Counted from the whole stretch's first letter, positions 11,094-23,386 are shown. The stretch is 63,285 bases of DNA, filler included, from Olpidium bornovanus S191 (GCA_017911155.1; 27 parts of 27 records of this genome joined end to end with filler, not necessarily neighbours in it), one strand, 5' to 3'. Notes: generated by a model from the letters alone, not told the origin. Numbers and translations: made by a program.

Positions 11094-12117
11094 ACCGCCG
11101 GCCCGGCGCCCGGCGACAACGCCGACGCCGGAGGTTCCGGGCCGCGCGCTGTCTCGACCGCAGGGCCCCGCGGGCTCGCGAAGAGCAGGGCCCCGAAGAA
11201 GAACTTTCCCGAGCCCGTCAAGCGGACAACGAAGATAGGAGAGGTGCCGCGATAGTGCGTTTTTTCGTCGTTTCTGTCCTCTCCGGCCGCCGTGATCTTC
11301 CGCGGGCAAATTGCGGGTGCGTCGGCCGGACCGGGATTTCGGCTGGAGACGCAGCCCGCAGGCGCGTGGCAGGAATACCAACGACGCCCGTTTGGCACGG
11401 CCGGCGTCGCCTCGCCCTTTCCGCCCCGCGGCCTCCTCCATTAACCCACGCGCCAGCCTAGTTAATCGGAAGGCGGAATGGGCCGCCGAGCACGAGAGGA
11501 AAGAGGCGGAGAAGCGGAGGATAAAGTACGTGTCTCCTACCTCGCGGCCAACGTTTTGTCCGACGGGCGGGGGCGCTGCCCGTGGACTTCTGGGCTGATC
11601 GCGTCCCGTTGCCTGTCAGGCCGCCGCCGGGGACGACCCGTAAGCCCACCAACGGCCGTCCCCCCGGAGCGTCGACTTGTGGTATTTCGCCGCTGCTGGA
11701 CGGGGCGTTACTAATCGCACGTCGCCCTTCCCCAGTGTTGTCGGAAGAGGAACGCCTCAAGACGCTGCAGTTCCTGGAGAAGTGTGAGCGACGGGTTTTC
11801 CCATGACCACCGCGCGTTCCGAAAGTGGCGGACTGATCCCCGCGATTGTGTTTCTTTTTGCCTTCACCCCCTTCCCACCTCCCCGTCTCCTGCGGAACCT
11901 CGTCACCCTCTTTTATTTTAATTATTATTTTGTTTGTTCCTGCGACCCCGACACCACAGCTCACGCCGAGCTGACGGCCGAAATGGTGCGGCTGCCCGTG
12001 ACCATGGGCAGGACGTTGTCCTCGATGCGAAAGAAGCAGCAGATGGAGCGGAAGCTGGAGGAACTTGAGAAGGCCACGGCCATATACAAGCGGGACAAGG
12101 TTTTCATGGCCATTTGA
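11094..12117 (+). CDS. Enkurin-domain protein (ENKD1/enkurin-like), 5' incomplete
   Basis: Exons 11094-11254, 11457-11525, 11620-11639, 11736-11783 and 11960-12117 splice to GEVPRYLVNRKAEW...PPPGTTLLSEEERLKTLQFLEKSHAELTAEMVRLPVTM...KQQMERKLEELEKATAIYKRDKVFM*, a typical C-terminal enkurin domain. Confidence 0.85.
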
Positions 12118-12518
12118 ATGCAGCACCTGCGTATGCCGAGAACGCGGAAGTGATTTCGCACTGCCGCAATCACGAAGCATGGTTTTTATTACAAACCCCG
12201 GTTATCCCGCTCAAACGCCCCGTTTTTCACTCCCCGCATATCCCCCTTCCCTCGGCGGCGTGATTATTTCCGAACGAAAAAACTTTCCGATTCGAATGAC
12301 CACACGTTGTGATTTCCACGATCGTGACAATCAGGATGATGCCAACTAGACCCAGAAAACCGAACCGGCAATGGTTGCGCAACGTAACGCATCAGCGATA
12401 AGCGGCGGCACAAACATGNNNNNNNNNNNNNNNNNNNNNNNNNNNNNNNNNNNNNNNNNNNNTTAATTAATTAANNNNNNNNNNNNNNNNNNNNNNNNNN
12501 NNNNNNNNNNNNNNNNNN

Positions 12519-14290
12519 CATGTATCTGTCTGGCTTTCGCCATCCATCCGAGACAAGGCGAAGGTGTATACCATCACCTCCCGATCGTTATCGTTCAGTT
12601 TTATGGTGTTTCCGATCACACGGACGGTCAGATCAACAAAGCTGTCTTTGGATCCAATCGTGGACACGGATGGCTGCGCCGAAGAGTCCGTCGCGGACAG
12701 CCCCGACAGCGAAATCGCAGGCTCTTGGACGTGCTGTGAGTGCGAGTCACGAGGGAGAGGGCTCCAGCTGTCGGCTGCCTGAGCTCCAATTGCGGTGGCA
12801 TTGCCGGAAGGCGGCGTTTGCTGCCCTTCGGCGATATCCCCGCAAGTGGGCGCCATAAGGTCAGGGTGCGGGCCGGCAGATTTTAACAGCTTGAAGTACA
12901 AGCTGCTCCTCCGAGCCTTGTTGTGCCCTGCGGACGGGAATGTTTCTGCCGGGGAGCTGCCGGAAAAGCCAGAGGAAGATGCGTCCGTCACGACTTCATC
13001 AACGTGCCGAGCCGCATCGCCGGCAGGTTGCTTTCCGGCGGCGCTCGCGAGCTTATCAGGACGGGTGCTCAGGCTTGGGACCATGGACGCACCCGTGGGT
13101 GTCGCAGCGAAGGCAGGCACCATCGCCACGTCACTCTGTTGGACGGGATTTCCTTGCGAAGCCTGAGCCGCCGCGGCCAAAGTCGCGGCCGGTGGCGGTT
13201 TCGCGGGTGGAGGAATGTACAGCGAGAACGCGCGCGTAACAGTCCGCGGCGCAGAGGGAGCTTCAGAGGAGGGAAGCACTGAAGGCAGAGACGATTGGCG
13301 ATTGTGTTCACCGGACCTGCCACTCTCGATTGAGAACGCATCCCGAGGCATGCGCGACTCTGACGGTGGCCCACGTACTTCCGCAACTCCGACGTTCTCG
13401 GAGGACGCGGAACTTCCGGGAATTCCCGTTGTGGCCGAGCGAGCCTTGACTTTGAAAGGCGCGTGCTGCGGCGCGTTGCCGGCAGCCGCGATGAAGGGCA
13501 GGCCCCAATCAACTTCCCCGCCGAAAATCTGGTCCGTTTTGCGCTGACCGAGCGAGTCGTCGGCGTTGCTGGCGCCGTTTTCCACAGGCCCGTGCGTCGG
13601 AGGAACGTTCGTCAGGCCGCTTCTCTCGTCAGCTCTCCGTTTTCCGACCTCCGGCTGTGGCTCCGACAACGCATGGTCGAACGGTAAAACGCTTCTGTCT
13701 TCCCTCTCTGATTCTCCGCCTTCCTCCCCTTCCGTTGAAGTCTTCGCGACGCCGGGCTGGTTTTCCCTCGCATCCAGTTCCGACAACAGAAGCCTGTTGT
13801 CTTCTTGCGCACATTGCAGGTCCTCCTGTAGCTGCTTGATGATCTTCCTCTGAACATGGGAACAACAAGAGCGCGGCACATAACGGTTCGAAAGCGAGCT
13901 GACGCAAAGTCGCTCTCGTCCCGCCGACAACAATCGCCCTCATGACCCATACCAGTAACCCAACGGACCCGCCCCCCCTTCCCCCCTCGCCCCCTTCCCG
14001 CGGCCACGTTCCTCCGATCTCCGCCGCGCCGACGACGGCAAACTAACCTGCTTCGCAATACATTTCCATAGCTGATCGTTTTGGCTGCGCAGAAGGTTCC
14101 TCTCGTTGACGACCTGGTTAAGCATCGTTCTGGAATCTTGCGGAGGATGATCTCCTTGTCCGGCAGGTGCGGAGGCCGGCGACGTCGCAGCGGGCGCAAG
14201 AGACGGGGTGCCAGAGGCGGCTGGTGTTTGGTCGCCGTCGTCGCCGGCCTCGCCGGGCTTGCCAGGTGGAGGTCCTCGCGAGCGGTCCAT
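12519..14290 (-). CDS. Bem3-like RhoGAP, N-terminal part (coiled coil, disordered linker, start of PX domain)
   Basis: Exon 14290-14048 plus an exon from 13849 give VVNERNLLRSQNDQLWKCIAKQRKIIKQLQEDL (Bem3-type coiled coil) and end in LTVRVIGNTIKLNDNDREVMVY (PX-like start). The GAP domain is not in the contig. Confidence 0.6.
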
Positions 14291-14459
14291 CTGCGCTCGG
14301 GTTTTCCGTGGTGAAGGGAGGGAGGGAGGGACGGAGCGGCCGATGCCGAGAGGGCCGGAAAGAGAAGGTTTTTTTTTTTTTTTTTTTTTTTCTTCTTTCG
14401 CGCGCGCGCGGCGGGGCACGGCCGCGGGGGGAGGGGGGGGGCGGGGGCGGGGGGGGGGG

Positions 14460-14499
<40 letters not shown>

Positions 14500-14681
14500 C
14501 GAGAGAGGAAGGGAGAGAAAAAAGAGGGGCCCGGCGGGGGAAGGGGCGAGGAGGAGAGCGGAGGAAAAGGGAGGAGGAGAANNNNNNNNNNNNNNNNNNN
14601 NNNNNNNNNNNNNNNNNNNNNNNNNTTAATTAATTAANNNNNNNNNNNNNNNNNNNNNNNNNNNNNNNNNNNNNNNNNNNN

Positions 14682-15061
14682 CTGGTGCACTGCAGAGGGA
14701 AGCATCAGCATACGCCGCATAGGGACGAGCGAGAATCCCGCGGACGTGTTCACCAAGCCCTTAGATAAGATCAAGTTTGCCAAGTTTCGGGAAATGGTCG
14801 GCGTACGTCCCGCTTAGGCAGCAAACAGGCTAACCGCCTGAACCGAAGCGCCGTGAAAGGAAGGAGCGGCAACATATAGGCAGATAGACGTGACCATGGG
14901 CGTGATAGATTCCCTAGGAGAGGTGGGGTGTTGGAAAAAAGGGGGGCCCGACGTAGCCGGTGGCACAGGCTCCTGCGGGAATCATCCCTCCTTTCTTCCC
15001 GCTGTAAATCCCGCACGCCGACGCCATACAAAACAAACCAAAAGCTTGTAGAAACTCTACA
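14682..15061 (+). mobile_element. Ty1/copia 3' end: RNase H C-terminus, polypurine tract and short 3' LTR
   Basis: ISIRRIGTSENPADVFTKPLDKIKFAKFREMVGV* (stop 14815-14817); purine tract AGGAGAGGTGGGG directly followed by TGTTGG at 14929; tentative LTR end TACA at 15061. Confidence 0.85.
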
Positions 15062-15224
15062 GCGTTCCGAACCGTGCGGTGCAGCCTCCGCCGCCCGCCG
15101 TCCGCCGTCTCCGCCCTCCATTGTGCACTCGTCTTCCCTTTTTGTCTCCTTTGGTTCACGTCCGTCGTTCATTTCCCTCTCCACCCCCCCCCCCCCCCCC
15201 CCCCCGCGCGCGGGGCGGCGCGCG

Positions 15225-15258
<34 letters not shown>

Positions 15259-15563
15259 CCCCCCCCCCCCCCCCCCTCCCCCCCCCCCCCCCCCCGCACG
15301 CCCCCGCGGCGGAACCCGGCGAATTTCCCTTCTCCCCCAACCCGCCGGGCGCACCCCTCCTCCCTCGGCGGCGAAACGGAGCCCGCGCCCCCTCTCCCGC
15401 CCCCGCCCTGCCCCCGCACCTTTCCGAAACCCGACCGGAAACCCCTGCTGCGCCGTTTGCGCACCCGCCCAGCAAAGGCAAAAGCAAAAGGCGGACGCCG
15501 TCACTCTTCGCGGCGGGTTGACCCTGCCGCGCAGGAACAGGGACCGAGGGGATCCGCGCAAGA

Positions 15564-16572
15564 ATGAACTTGACGTCGCGGAGCACAAACGAGTTGCATT
15601 TCATCAACTTCAACCAGGACTACAGGTGCGCGCTCGCGTCCCCCGCAGAGAGCACATACCCCCTGGCTTCCGGCGCTCCGACGCGGCGTCAAACCGCGGG
15701 CATGACGTGGAGGTCGCCCGCCGTGGCGCAAGCTTGCCCGGGCGCTCGCCAGCCCGAAGCGAAATCCGGGCGCATCTCGTGGACCGCGCGGCTGCAGGCG
15801 GCCTTCCGTCGCATGAGAGGAGCCTCTTGTGGAAAACATCGCAGGTCATTGAGATAGCGCGTCGGCGGCGCAAATGCGTAGTTGCCGAGCAGTTTGCATG
15901 TCTTGCAGATGGCGCTTTCCCGCTGGCTGGACGCCATCGCCGGTACTCGCGGAAGGATGACCGGACGGAGCGGCCACCGAGAACGAACGTTGAAATATCC
16001 TGGAGAAAGGCTAATACGAAGTCGTGGTACTTGCTCCATTCCCGTTTCCGGAACAGCTGCTTGTCAGTTGGGACAAAAACCGGATACAAGATCTATAACT
16101 GCGATCCGTTCGGGAAATGTTATTCGAGGTGTACGTTCGGCTGCATCACGTGTTTCTGCTCAATCAGAAAATAACCGTACGCTTCATATTTTTTTTTTAG
16201 CTGATGGTGGGATCGGTATCGTCGAGATGCTCTTCTGCACATCGCTCGTGGCGCTCGTCGGAGCTGGCGAGAAGCCCGCGTTCTCGCCGCGACGGTTGCA
16301 AATAACCAACACGAAGGTCAGACCCGTCGGTTATTGTCGATGCTGCGTGCCAGTCTCTCTCCTTTTTTAATATAACTGCCGCTTCTTATCTGACTTCGTT
16401 TTGCCTGTTCAGCGGCAATCAACTATATGCGAGCTGACGTTTCCGACGTCGATCCTTGCAGTCAAGCTGAATCGAAAGCGGTTGATTGTTGTTCTTGAGG
16501 AACAGATCTACGTGTACGATATAAGCAACATGAAGCTGCTCCACACGATTGAGACAAGTTCAAATCCACACG
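15564..16572 (+). CDS. ATG18: Autophagy PROPPIN Atg18/WIPI, 5' part
   Basis: Exons 15564-15625, 16057-16130, 16201-16316 and 16413-16572: [66 protein letters not shown]. Confidence 0.96.
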
Positions 16573-16952
16573 GTGCGCATTCCTTTTGCAAATGCGTTAC
16601 AAGTAATCGCACTATTATCAAACTTTATTATCAATGCCCTGGATACCGCNNNNNNNNNNNNNNNNNNNNNNNNNNNNNNNNNNNNNNNNNNNNTTAATTA
16701 ATTAANNNNNNNNNNNNNNNNNNNNNNNNNNNNNNNNNNNNNNNNNNNNCATGGATTCGCAAGGTGGTGGCTGTTGGTTTGCAGGTTAAATTCGCGCAAG
16801 AGGTAGATCCTGTCGCTATCTCTGAAGCAGCGAAGCTCGCCGAGGTTACAGCAAACAGTGAATTATCCAACTCGAAATTGGGAGTTGTCACTGGCGCCAT
16901 CTCTGAATGGCCGGAGCACAGGACAGCTGTCAGGAAAACAAGCAAAAAACTG

Positions 16953-17213
16953 ATGGGGTTCCCAATCGGACGAGTGCCGGTCGACTCGTGCGTCCGCCTT
17001 CTTGTCGTGGCCTGCGTGGCGTTAGGTGGGCACAATCTCCTCCCGGTCGCGTCACCTTGGTTTTTCGGACGCCCCGCGCCGTTTCTCGAAAACTGGGAGT
17101 TTTCCTTTGCGCTCCAGGCGACTCGGTCCCGGCCGGACGGAGGGGTTACGTCCTGCTCTCGCGGTCCTTTCTCGTTCTTCTGTTTTCCACCTCTCGCCAC
17201 GGCGACGCCAGAG

Positions 17214-17244
<31 letters not shown>

Positions 17245-17693
17245 TCTGGAGAGAGCTTTGCAAAAGACGGGACGCCGCAATAGGGCCACTGACGGGCGAC
17301 TGATTATCGGGATATCTGCACGCTTTGGTCTCCACGTCCTTGGAACTACAGCGTGGGCCGTGCCCAAGGCTGCCGCGGCCGCCGCCTGGGGATGGCTCAC
17401 CGGCACGCCACCCGCGTCCGTCGACGGGAACGTCGGCTTCTTAGAGAATGTCATTGCGGCAGTGGGGACCGCCGTGAGCGACTCCATACGGTACCCGCGC
17501 GACCTCTCCACGTTAAGAGCGCTAGCTTCTTTGGCAGGTATGACGCAGGCCGCGCGTCTTGGTGCTCGCGTGGTCAAGTTCAGCAGCGAGGGCGGTCAGT
17601 TTAGCGGGTACTGGATCTTGCCGTCCGCCAAGTGGGCACCTGACGTATTGACCAGGTCCAGATGGAACGGGATGACGCTCGTTTGGTTGCACG
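16953..17693 (+). CDS. Alpha/beta hydrolase (HSL/Abhydrolase_3-like), N-terminal part
   Basis: Exons 16953-17025 and 17352-17693: membrane-anchor-like N-terminus, FSGYWI, then TLVWLHG ending at a GTGAG donor, where the HGGG motif is expected. Confidence 0.5.
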
Positions 17694-17859
17694 GTGAGCA
17701 GGGGATCAACGACCAAAAAAAAAAAAAAAAAAAAAAAAACAACCCCGGGAAAAAAAAAANNNNNNNNNNNNNNNNNNNNNNNNNNNNNNNNNNNNNNNNN
17801 NNNTTAATTAATTAANNNNNNNNNNNNNNNNNNNNNNNNNNNNNNNNNNNNNNNNNNNN

Positions 17860-18627
17860 CATGCACTGGACGGCGATCATCGGCCAGATGGTCGATCCCG
17901 CGTTCACGGACATCTGCAGCGTGAACACCACGGTTTGGGACCCCGGAGGGACCGGGATCGCGCCGAACAGCATCAGGCCGAGCACGAGGGCGAATATCGT
18001 CTGAAACAGGAAGAACACGGCGGTGATCCTGATCAGGCGGCCGATGCGGCCGCTGCCGCCGTCGGTGCGGACGCCGGTGTCCTTGTTCGCCAGGACGATG
18101 TACGCGAGGAACCGCCAGTTGATGAGCACGTCGAAGGCGGTCGGGAGGACGAGCAGCTGCACGACGAAAGGCTGCGAGAAGGCGATCAGGCAGACGCCGA
18201 CGTCCGGCAAGATGAACGTCCAGGTTTCGAGGTTGAAGAAGACCGTTGCGATGGGAAAGTAGATACACAGGAGGCCGAGGATGACGAAGTCCACCCTCTG
18301 CGAATTGATGGGGGCCGTCTTGTGGATGAGGATGACGCGCAGCATGAAATACATGTGCATGAGCGACAGCATGATCCAGTAGAAGTTCCCCGCCGTGCGG
18401 TGCAGGGCGGCGCACCCGCTCTCGGTCCTGCCGACCAGGAACAGTTGGGAGGCCGTGGCGGCGATCGCCAGCAGGTTGCACATGAACGGCAGGCCGTGCA
18501 GCGCGACCCGCTGCGGCGACGGCATGTTCTTCCCCAGCTTGGAGGTCACGACCACCAGCCAGGAGTACAAGACGAGGCCGACGCCGTCGACCGCCAGGAG
18601 AGCGCCGATTTCGGCCGTATAGGGCAT
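17860..18627 (-). CDS. Seven-transmembrane GPCR-like protein, intronless, 3' truncated
   Basis: Seven hydrophobic segments of about 22-27 aa; Cys at the start of TM3 (GCAALH) and in the loop after TM4 (VGVCL); MLRV at the end of TM3. Confidence 0.65.
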
Positions 18628-18728
18628 GGGGCACCCGTTTTCTGCGCGGCGGACGAAAGAGAAGGTCGGGGGTGGGGGGGGGGCCCCCTCCGGTATCGCG
18701 AAAAGAAGGCTTTCGGCCTTGATTATCT

Positions 18729-18761
<33 letters not shown>

Positions 18762-19624
18762 ACTATTAATCTTTTCTCTTTTGGGCGAAATGGTTGCGCC
18801 CGCTGTCGCGACCAGAAAAAAAAATATTCGTGAGCACGCAACGCAGACCCCGGCCGCGTCCGTGTCCCCCCCGGCCCCCGGCCCCTCACCCACCCGTCTC
18901 ACTCGGGCGCAACTTGCATCCTGCTCGAAGACGGCGGCGCGAGCGATGACAGTAATTTTTTTTTTTTTTTTCCTTTGGTTCCTCAGCGGGGGTCGGAGCG
19001 CAGTTCCGACGTTAGGGCCCGCCTTGACGACGGGCGATCTCGAATTGCCCCAACTTCCCCCGTTCTTGTTTCCCCCGGGAGCGGAGGTGGATTGCCGCCG
19101 GGAAACTGCGCCGTGCGAACGCGCGAGTTTTTGAGGCCGCAGCCCGCTACGCCCCCGGGCAGCCCGGGCCGCGCGCGCTTTCGGGCGGCCGGGGCAGATC
19201 CGCGGAATCTCGCGGGCCATCTTTCGCTGACTGCGAGGGGGGGACAAAAAAAAAATCCCGAACGGCAACAAACCCAAACCGCACGAGCGAGGCTTGGTTG
19301 GACCGAGGACGGACCGGGGGGCGCGGGAGGGAAGCAAGAAGACACTTCCCGGAGGTGATGCAAGGAGACAATAACCAAAAAAAAATAAAATAAATCCCCG
19401 GGCCGATCGGAGAAACGCCAGAGAGGGCGGTTTCGGGATCCACGGCCAATTGGAGAAAGAGACCCCCCGCGTGACCCGAGTTCCCCGCAGCGGGTCGCCT
19501 TTTGGCCCCTTCGTGTTGGTAAAAAGCAAAAAAGGTTCTCTCCCCCGCCCCCCAGTGCGGGCGATTCTCTCTCCCTCCTCGTCGGCGCAAAATTATCACG
19601 GAAAGTAGGCAAAAAGCGGAAAAA

Positions 19625-20125
19625 GCGAAGCGGAACTTAAAGCAGAATTCGGCGGAGTCCGGAGATCTTGACCAGAATCCAACACAGATTTCGACACAGA
19701 CTTTAACGCAGACTAAGGCGCAGAATATGATAAGGACAGATTTCAACGTAGACTCTGACGCACAATATGACGCAGATTCAGACGCAGAACCCTGTGCAGA
19801 TTAGGACGCAGATTTAGACGCAGACTCCGACGCAGAGTCTGGCGCAGATACGGACGCAGATACGAACGCAGATTCAGATGAAAAACCGACGCAAATTCAA
19901 TCGCAGATTCAAACAAAAGGTTTTATTCAGTATATGAAGTGAATCGAATGCAGATTCCTATGCAGAATCTGCGTGAATCAGATGCAGATTCAGAGGCAAA
20001 ATCTGACGCAGATTTAGAGGCAAAATTTGACGTAAATTTAGAAGCAGAATCAGATAGATTTTGACGCGAACTCAGACACAGGAATGTGACGCGCAGAATT
20101 CGACGAGGTTCTGATGCAGAATCTT
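19625..20125. repeat. Degenerate 12-bp minisatellite (consensus about GACGCAGATTCA)
   Basis: Dozens of diverged GAC/GCAGA(T/C/A)TC units; reads as DADS on + and SASE on -, with stop codons. Confidence 0.85.
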
Positions 20126-20980
20126 GTAGAGAAACTTTTTGGTTTCAGAGAATATTAAGGGTGGGACAAGGGGGAGGGGGGATAGTGGCCCAGGGAGAAG
20201 GTCGCGGTTGGTTGGTTGCAGGCTGCTGTTTGGGGGGCGGCTAGGGTGAAAGAGGAAAGGCCGGGGGGAAACAGCTCGGAAAGGACTCTGAGAAATCCGG
20301 TTAAGGGACAGGCGGGTTGTTGCGTGGGGGGGGGGGGGCCAACAATATATAGGAACCAGAACAAAATCTGTAAATCTCAGAAATAAAATATGGCACAACT
20401 TGCTCCTCACAGCGGGGCCCGATAGAAAAACGAACAAAATTTCTTTTTGGGTTACGCGCAGGATAGATATAATGGAAATTCAATTATCTTATTTGGTTTT
20501 TTGGCTCACTTTGTCCAGGGTAACGTTTTTTCGCGGAATATACCAAGGTAACCATGGGTATCTGGAAACAACTAAAAAGTGACATTGTGAGACTTCCATT
20601 CGGGAACGGCGAATTGAAGTAGGCGATCACGTTTATCAAACATACAGGTCCCGACTACGCGCGAACATCCGCGTTTCCCGCGAAGGCATCAAGCGAGGCA
20701 CTGTCAAAGTTCAATTAAAAGCCTGTGTTCCGCTCGGAATGTGACCGGTGCGGTGGGCGTGTTGAGGTTGTATTTCTTTTCGCCGCCTGCGCCAGCCCGG
20801 AAGAGAGGAAATGCGGGGAAAGCAGGACGAGGAAGACAAGGAGGAGGACGAGCGCGACGAGAAGACGCCGAGCGGCAGCCCTTGCCCCCCTCCTCCCGCA
20901 ACCATTTCCGAAGCAGGACTGGACGAAGAGGACGCCGCAGCAGGCCGTGCGAGGGCGGCGGCCGCCGCGGCGCGACGGCG

Positions 20981-22322
20981 ATGGGCGTGATTGGGACAGC
21001 CCTTCTGGCGCTCCTGGCGTGGTCGGCCCTGGTCGTGCGCCTGCTGTGCGTGAGGCCGTCCGGGCGGCGCCTGCGACGGGACCCGCGCCGACGCAGCCCC
21101 GCCCTCGCGCAAGGCGCCGCCGGGGAAACCCGCAAGATCTGCGTCGTGCTCGGCTCCGGTGGGCGTCACCTCCCACGGTTTTCCCATAGAAAAAAAAAAA
21201 ACGCCAATTGACGACCGGCCGCCAACGGCTCACATATCCCGCCGCGCCTCTTCCCGCCAAGCGAAGGCGGCCACACGGCTGAAATGCTCGCTCTGCTGGA
21301 AAACGTCGACCTTTTGATTTTTCGCCCGCGTTTGTACTTCCTCGCCATGAACGACCCAATCAGCGAGGCCAAGGCAAGGGTGTTCGAGAGGGAGAGGACG
21401 AAGGCCCGGTCGGTCGAAGGCTGCGATGTGCGTGCCGTGATTTGAAGCACGGCGGAGCGTAACTTTTGCCCTCACCGAAGGCATCCTTTTTCCTCCGGTT
21501 TGAAATGCGGCGCAGCGCGCGACTAGGGGTGATGCGTTCGGTCACCGAAATCCTCCGCCAATTTAAAACGCGGCGCAGCGCGCAATTTGGGATCACTGAA
21601 ATTACCTCCCTTTCCCGTGACTTTTTTTGTTCGTTATCCCCCACCCCAGTTTCACTTCTTTAGAATACCAAGGACGCGGAACGTCGGCCAAAGTCTGTTT
21701 TCGACTCCAGCGAGCTTTGTGAAATCCCTTGTCACGTGCTTCAAGCCGCTCTGGCGGCACATACCTGATGTGGTACGCCGGTGGCCGTGAGAACCCGCGC
21801 CTGTCGTCAGCTGCTGTGTCTGAGAGCGAAAAATCCTTTTTTTTCTATTAAATGCTTCGCGGCACGATCCAGGTAGTTTGCAACGGACCGGGAACCTGTC
21901 TTCCAATCTGCTTTTTGGTTTACATCTTTCGGGTAGGTGAAGGATTATGTAGCAATTATTATATTCACAAATACGAAAATCTGTTGGTAATCAATTGCCT
22001 ACTGGCTCGAGCATCCCTCAGGTATGTCGGAGTGCAGAAATGGCTACCCCTTTTCCGCAGAGATTATCCTCCGGCTCTGTTTACTTAATTGGCTTTTTCC
22101 CCCCCTTCGCTCTGAAACGAAAATTCCCTGCGCGGCGTTTGCTCAAAAAAGGTCCTGGGGATCAGAAAAATCCACATTATTTACGTCGAGTCACTCGCCC
22201 GCGTGCGGTCGCTTTCCCTTTCCGGGAAAATACTGTACCCGTGGGCCGACCGCTTCATCGTCCAGTGGGAGCCGCTTGCCCAACGGTACCAGGAGACCGA
22301 ATTCTACGGCTGCCTTGTGTAA
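20981..22322 (+). CDS. ALG14: UDP-N-acetylglucosamine transferase subunit Alg14, complete
   Basis: Exons 20981-21158, 21267-21427, 21650-21772, 21873-21932 and 22152-22322: VVLGSGGHTAEM, RIPRTRNVGQS, PDVVVCNGPGTCLP, IIYVESLARVRSLSLSGKILY, ADRFIVQW. Confidence 0.96.
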
Positions 22323-22683
22323 AAAAAATGGAAAAGCAAAAAAACAACCGGCAGACGACGATTTCTTCCGCCGCGGCTATCTTTGAAAGGCGGCCAGCAA
22401 AAAAACCGCGATGGTCTCGAGAATCGCGAAGAGTCGTTCCACTTCCTTCCATTACTTCCAAAACCCAGCTCGGAATGTCCACCCTGGGGCTGCGGTACCG
22501 GCTGAGGTGTGGACCCCGGTCACTGCATCATCTTCTGCGGACAGTGTTTATTTCCACAATCATTTACCGCGCCTCGGTGAGCGTCGTTCCCTCGGAGATA
22601 GTGCCAGGGTTGCCACTGATACTCCAACGTCGTCTTTGGCTTCAGCTCCGCCAGCTCCAGCCCTGGCTCCAGCTGCAGACCTG

Positions 22684-23170
22684 AGAATCTGCATTTGAAA
22701 TCCCGCAAATCTGCTAACCTTGCAAATCTGCGAAATGCGGGGATCTGCGGGTCCCGTGATTCTGCAAACCCAAGAATTTGTGGAATTTCTCGGATCCGCG
22801 AATCCCAAAAATCTCCAAATCCTACATAATTTTGAGTCCTGGGAAGCTGCGAATCCCGCAATTCGGCGATTTCTGTGAATGCCACGAATCTGCAAATACC
22901 GCGAATTTGCAGATCCCTCAAATTCTAATCTGTGAATCGCGCGAATCTCAATTACTGAATCCTGCGAACTTTAGAATCCAGGAATTCTGCGAATCGTCGA
23001 GTTTCACGAACCTTCAAATCCGGCAAATCAGGGCGAATCCCGGGAGCCCAGCGGATCCCGCGAATCTTTAATAATCTTGCAAATCAACGAATCCACGAAT
23101 ATGGTCTCGCGAAATTTGCGATTCCGATCTCCGCAAAGTTGCGGAATTGCAAATGCGGCAAATCTCTAAC
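22684..23170. repeat. Degenerate 8-10-bp minisatellite (consensus about GCGAATCY / GCAAATCT)
   Basis: Long run of diverged GC(G/A)AATC units with no convincing ORF. Confidence 0.85.
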
Positions 23171-23350
23171 TTTTACGGGGATTCTACCCCAAAACTGCCG
23201 GCTCTCGACAAAGCANNNNNNNNNNNNNNNNNNNNNNNNNNNNNNNNNNNNNNNNNNNNTTAATTAATTAANNNNNNNNNNNNNNNNNNNNNNNNNNNNN
23301 NNNNNNNNNNNNNNNAAAAAAAATTTTTTTTCCCCCGCGCGCTTGAAGGG

Positions 23351-23386
<36 letters not shown>

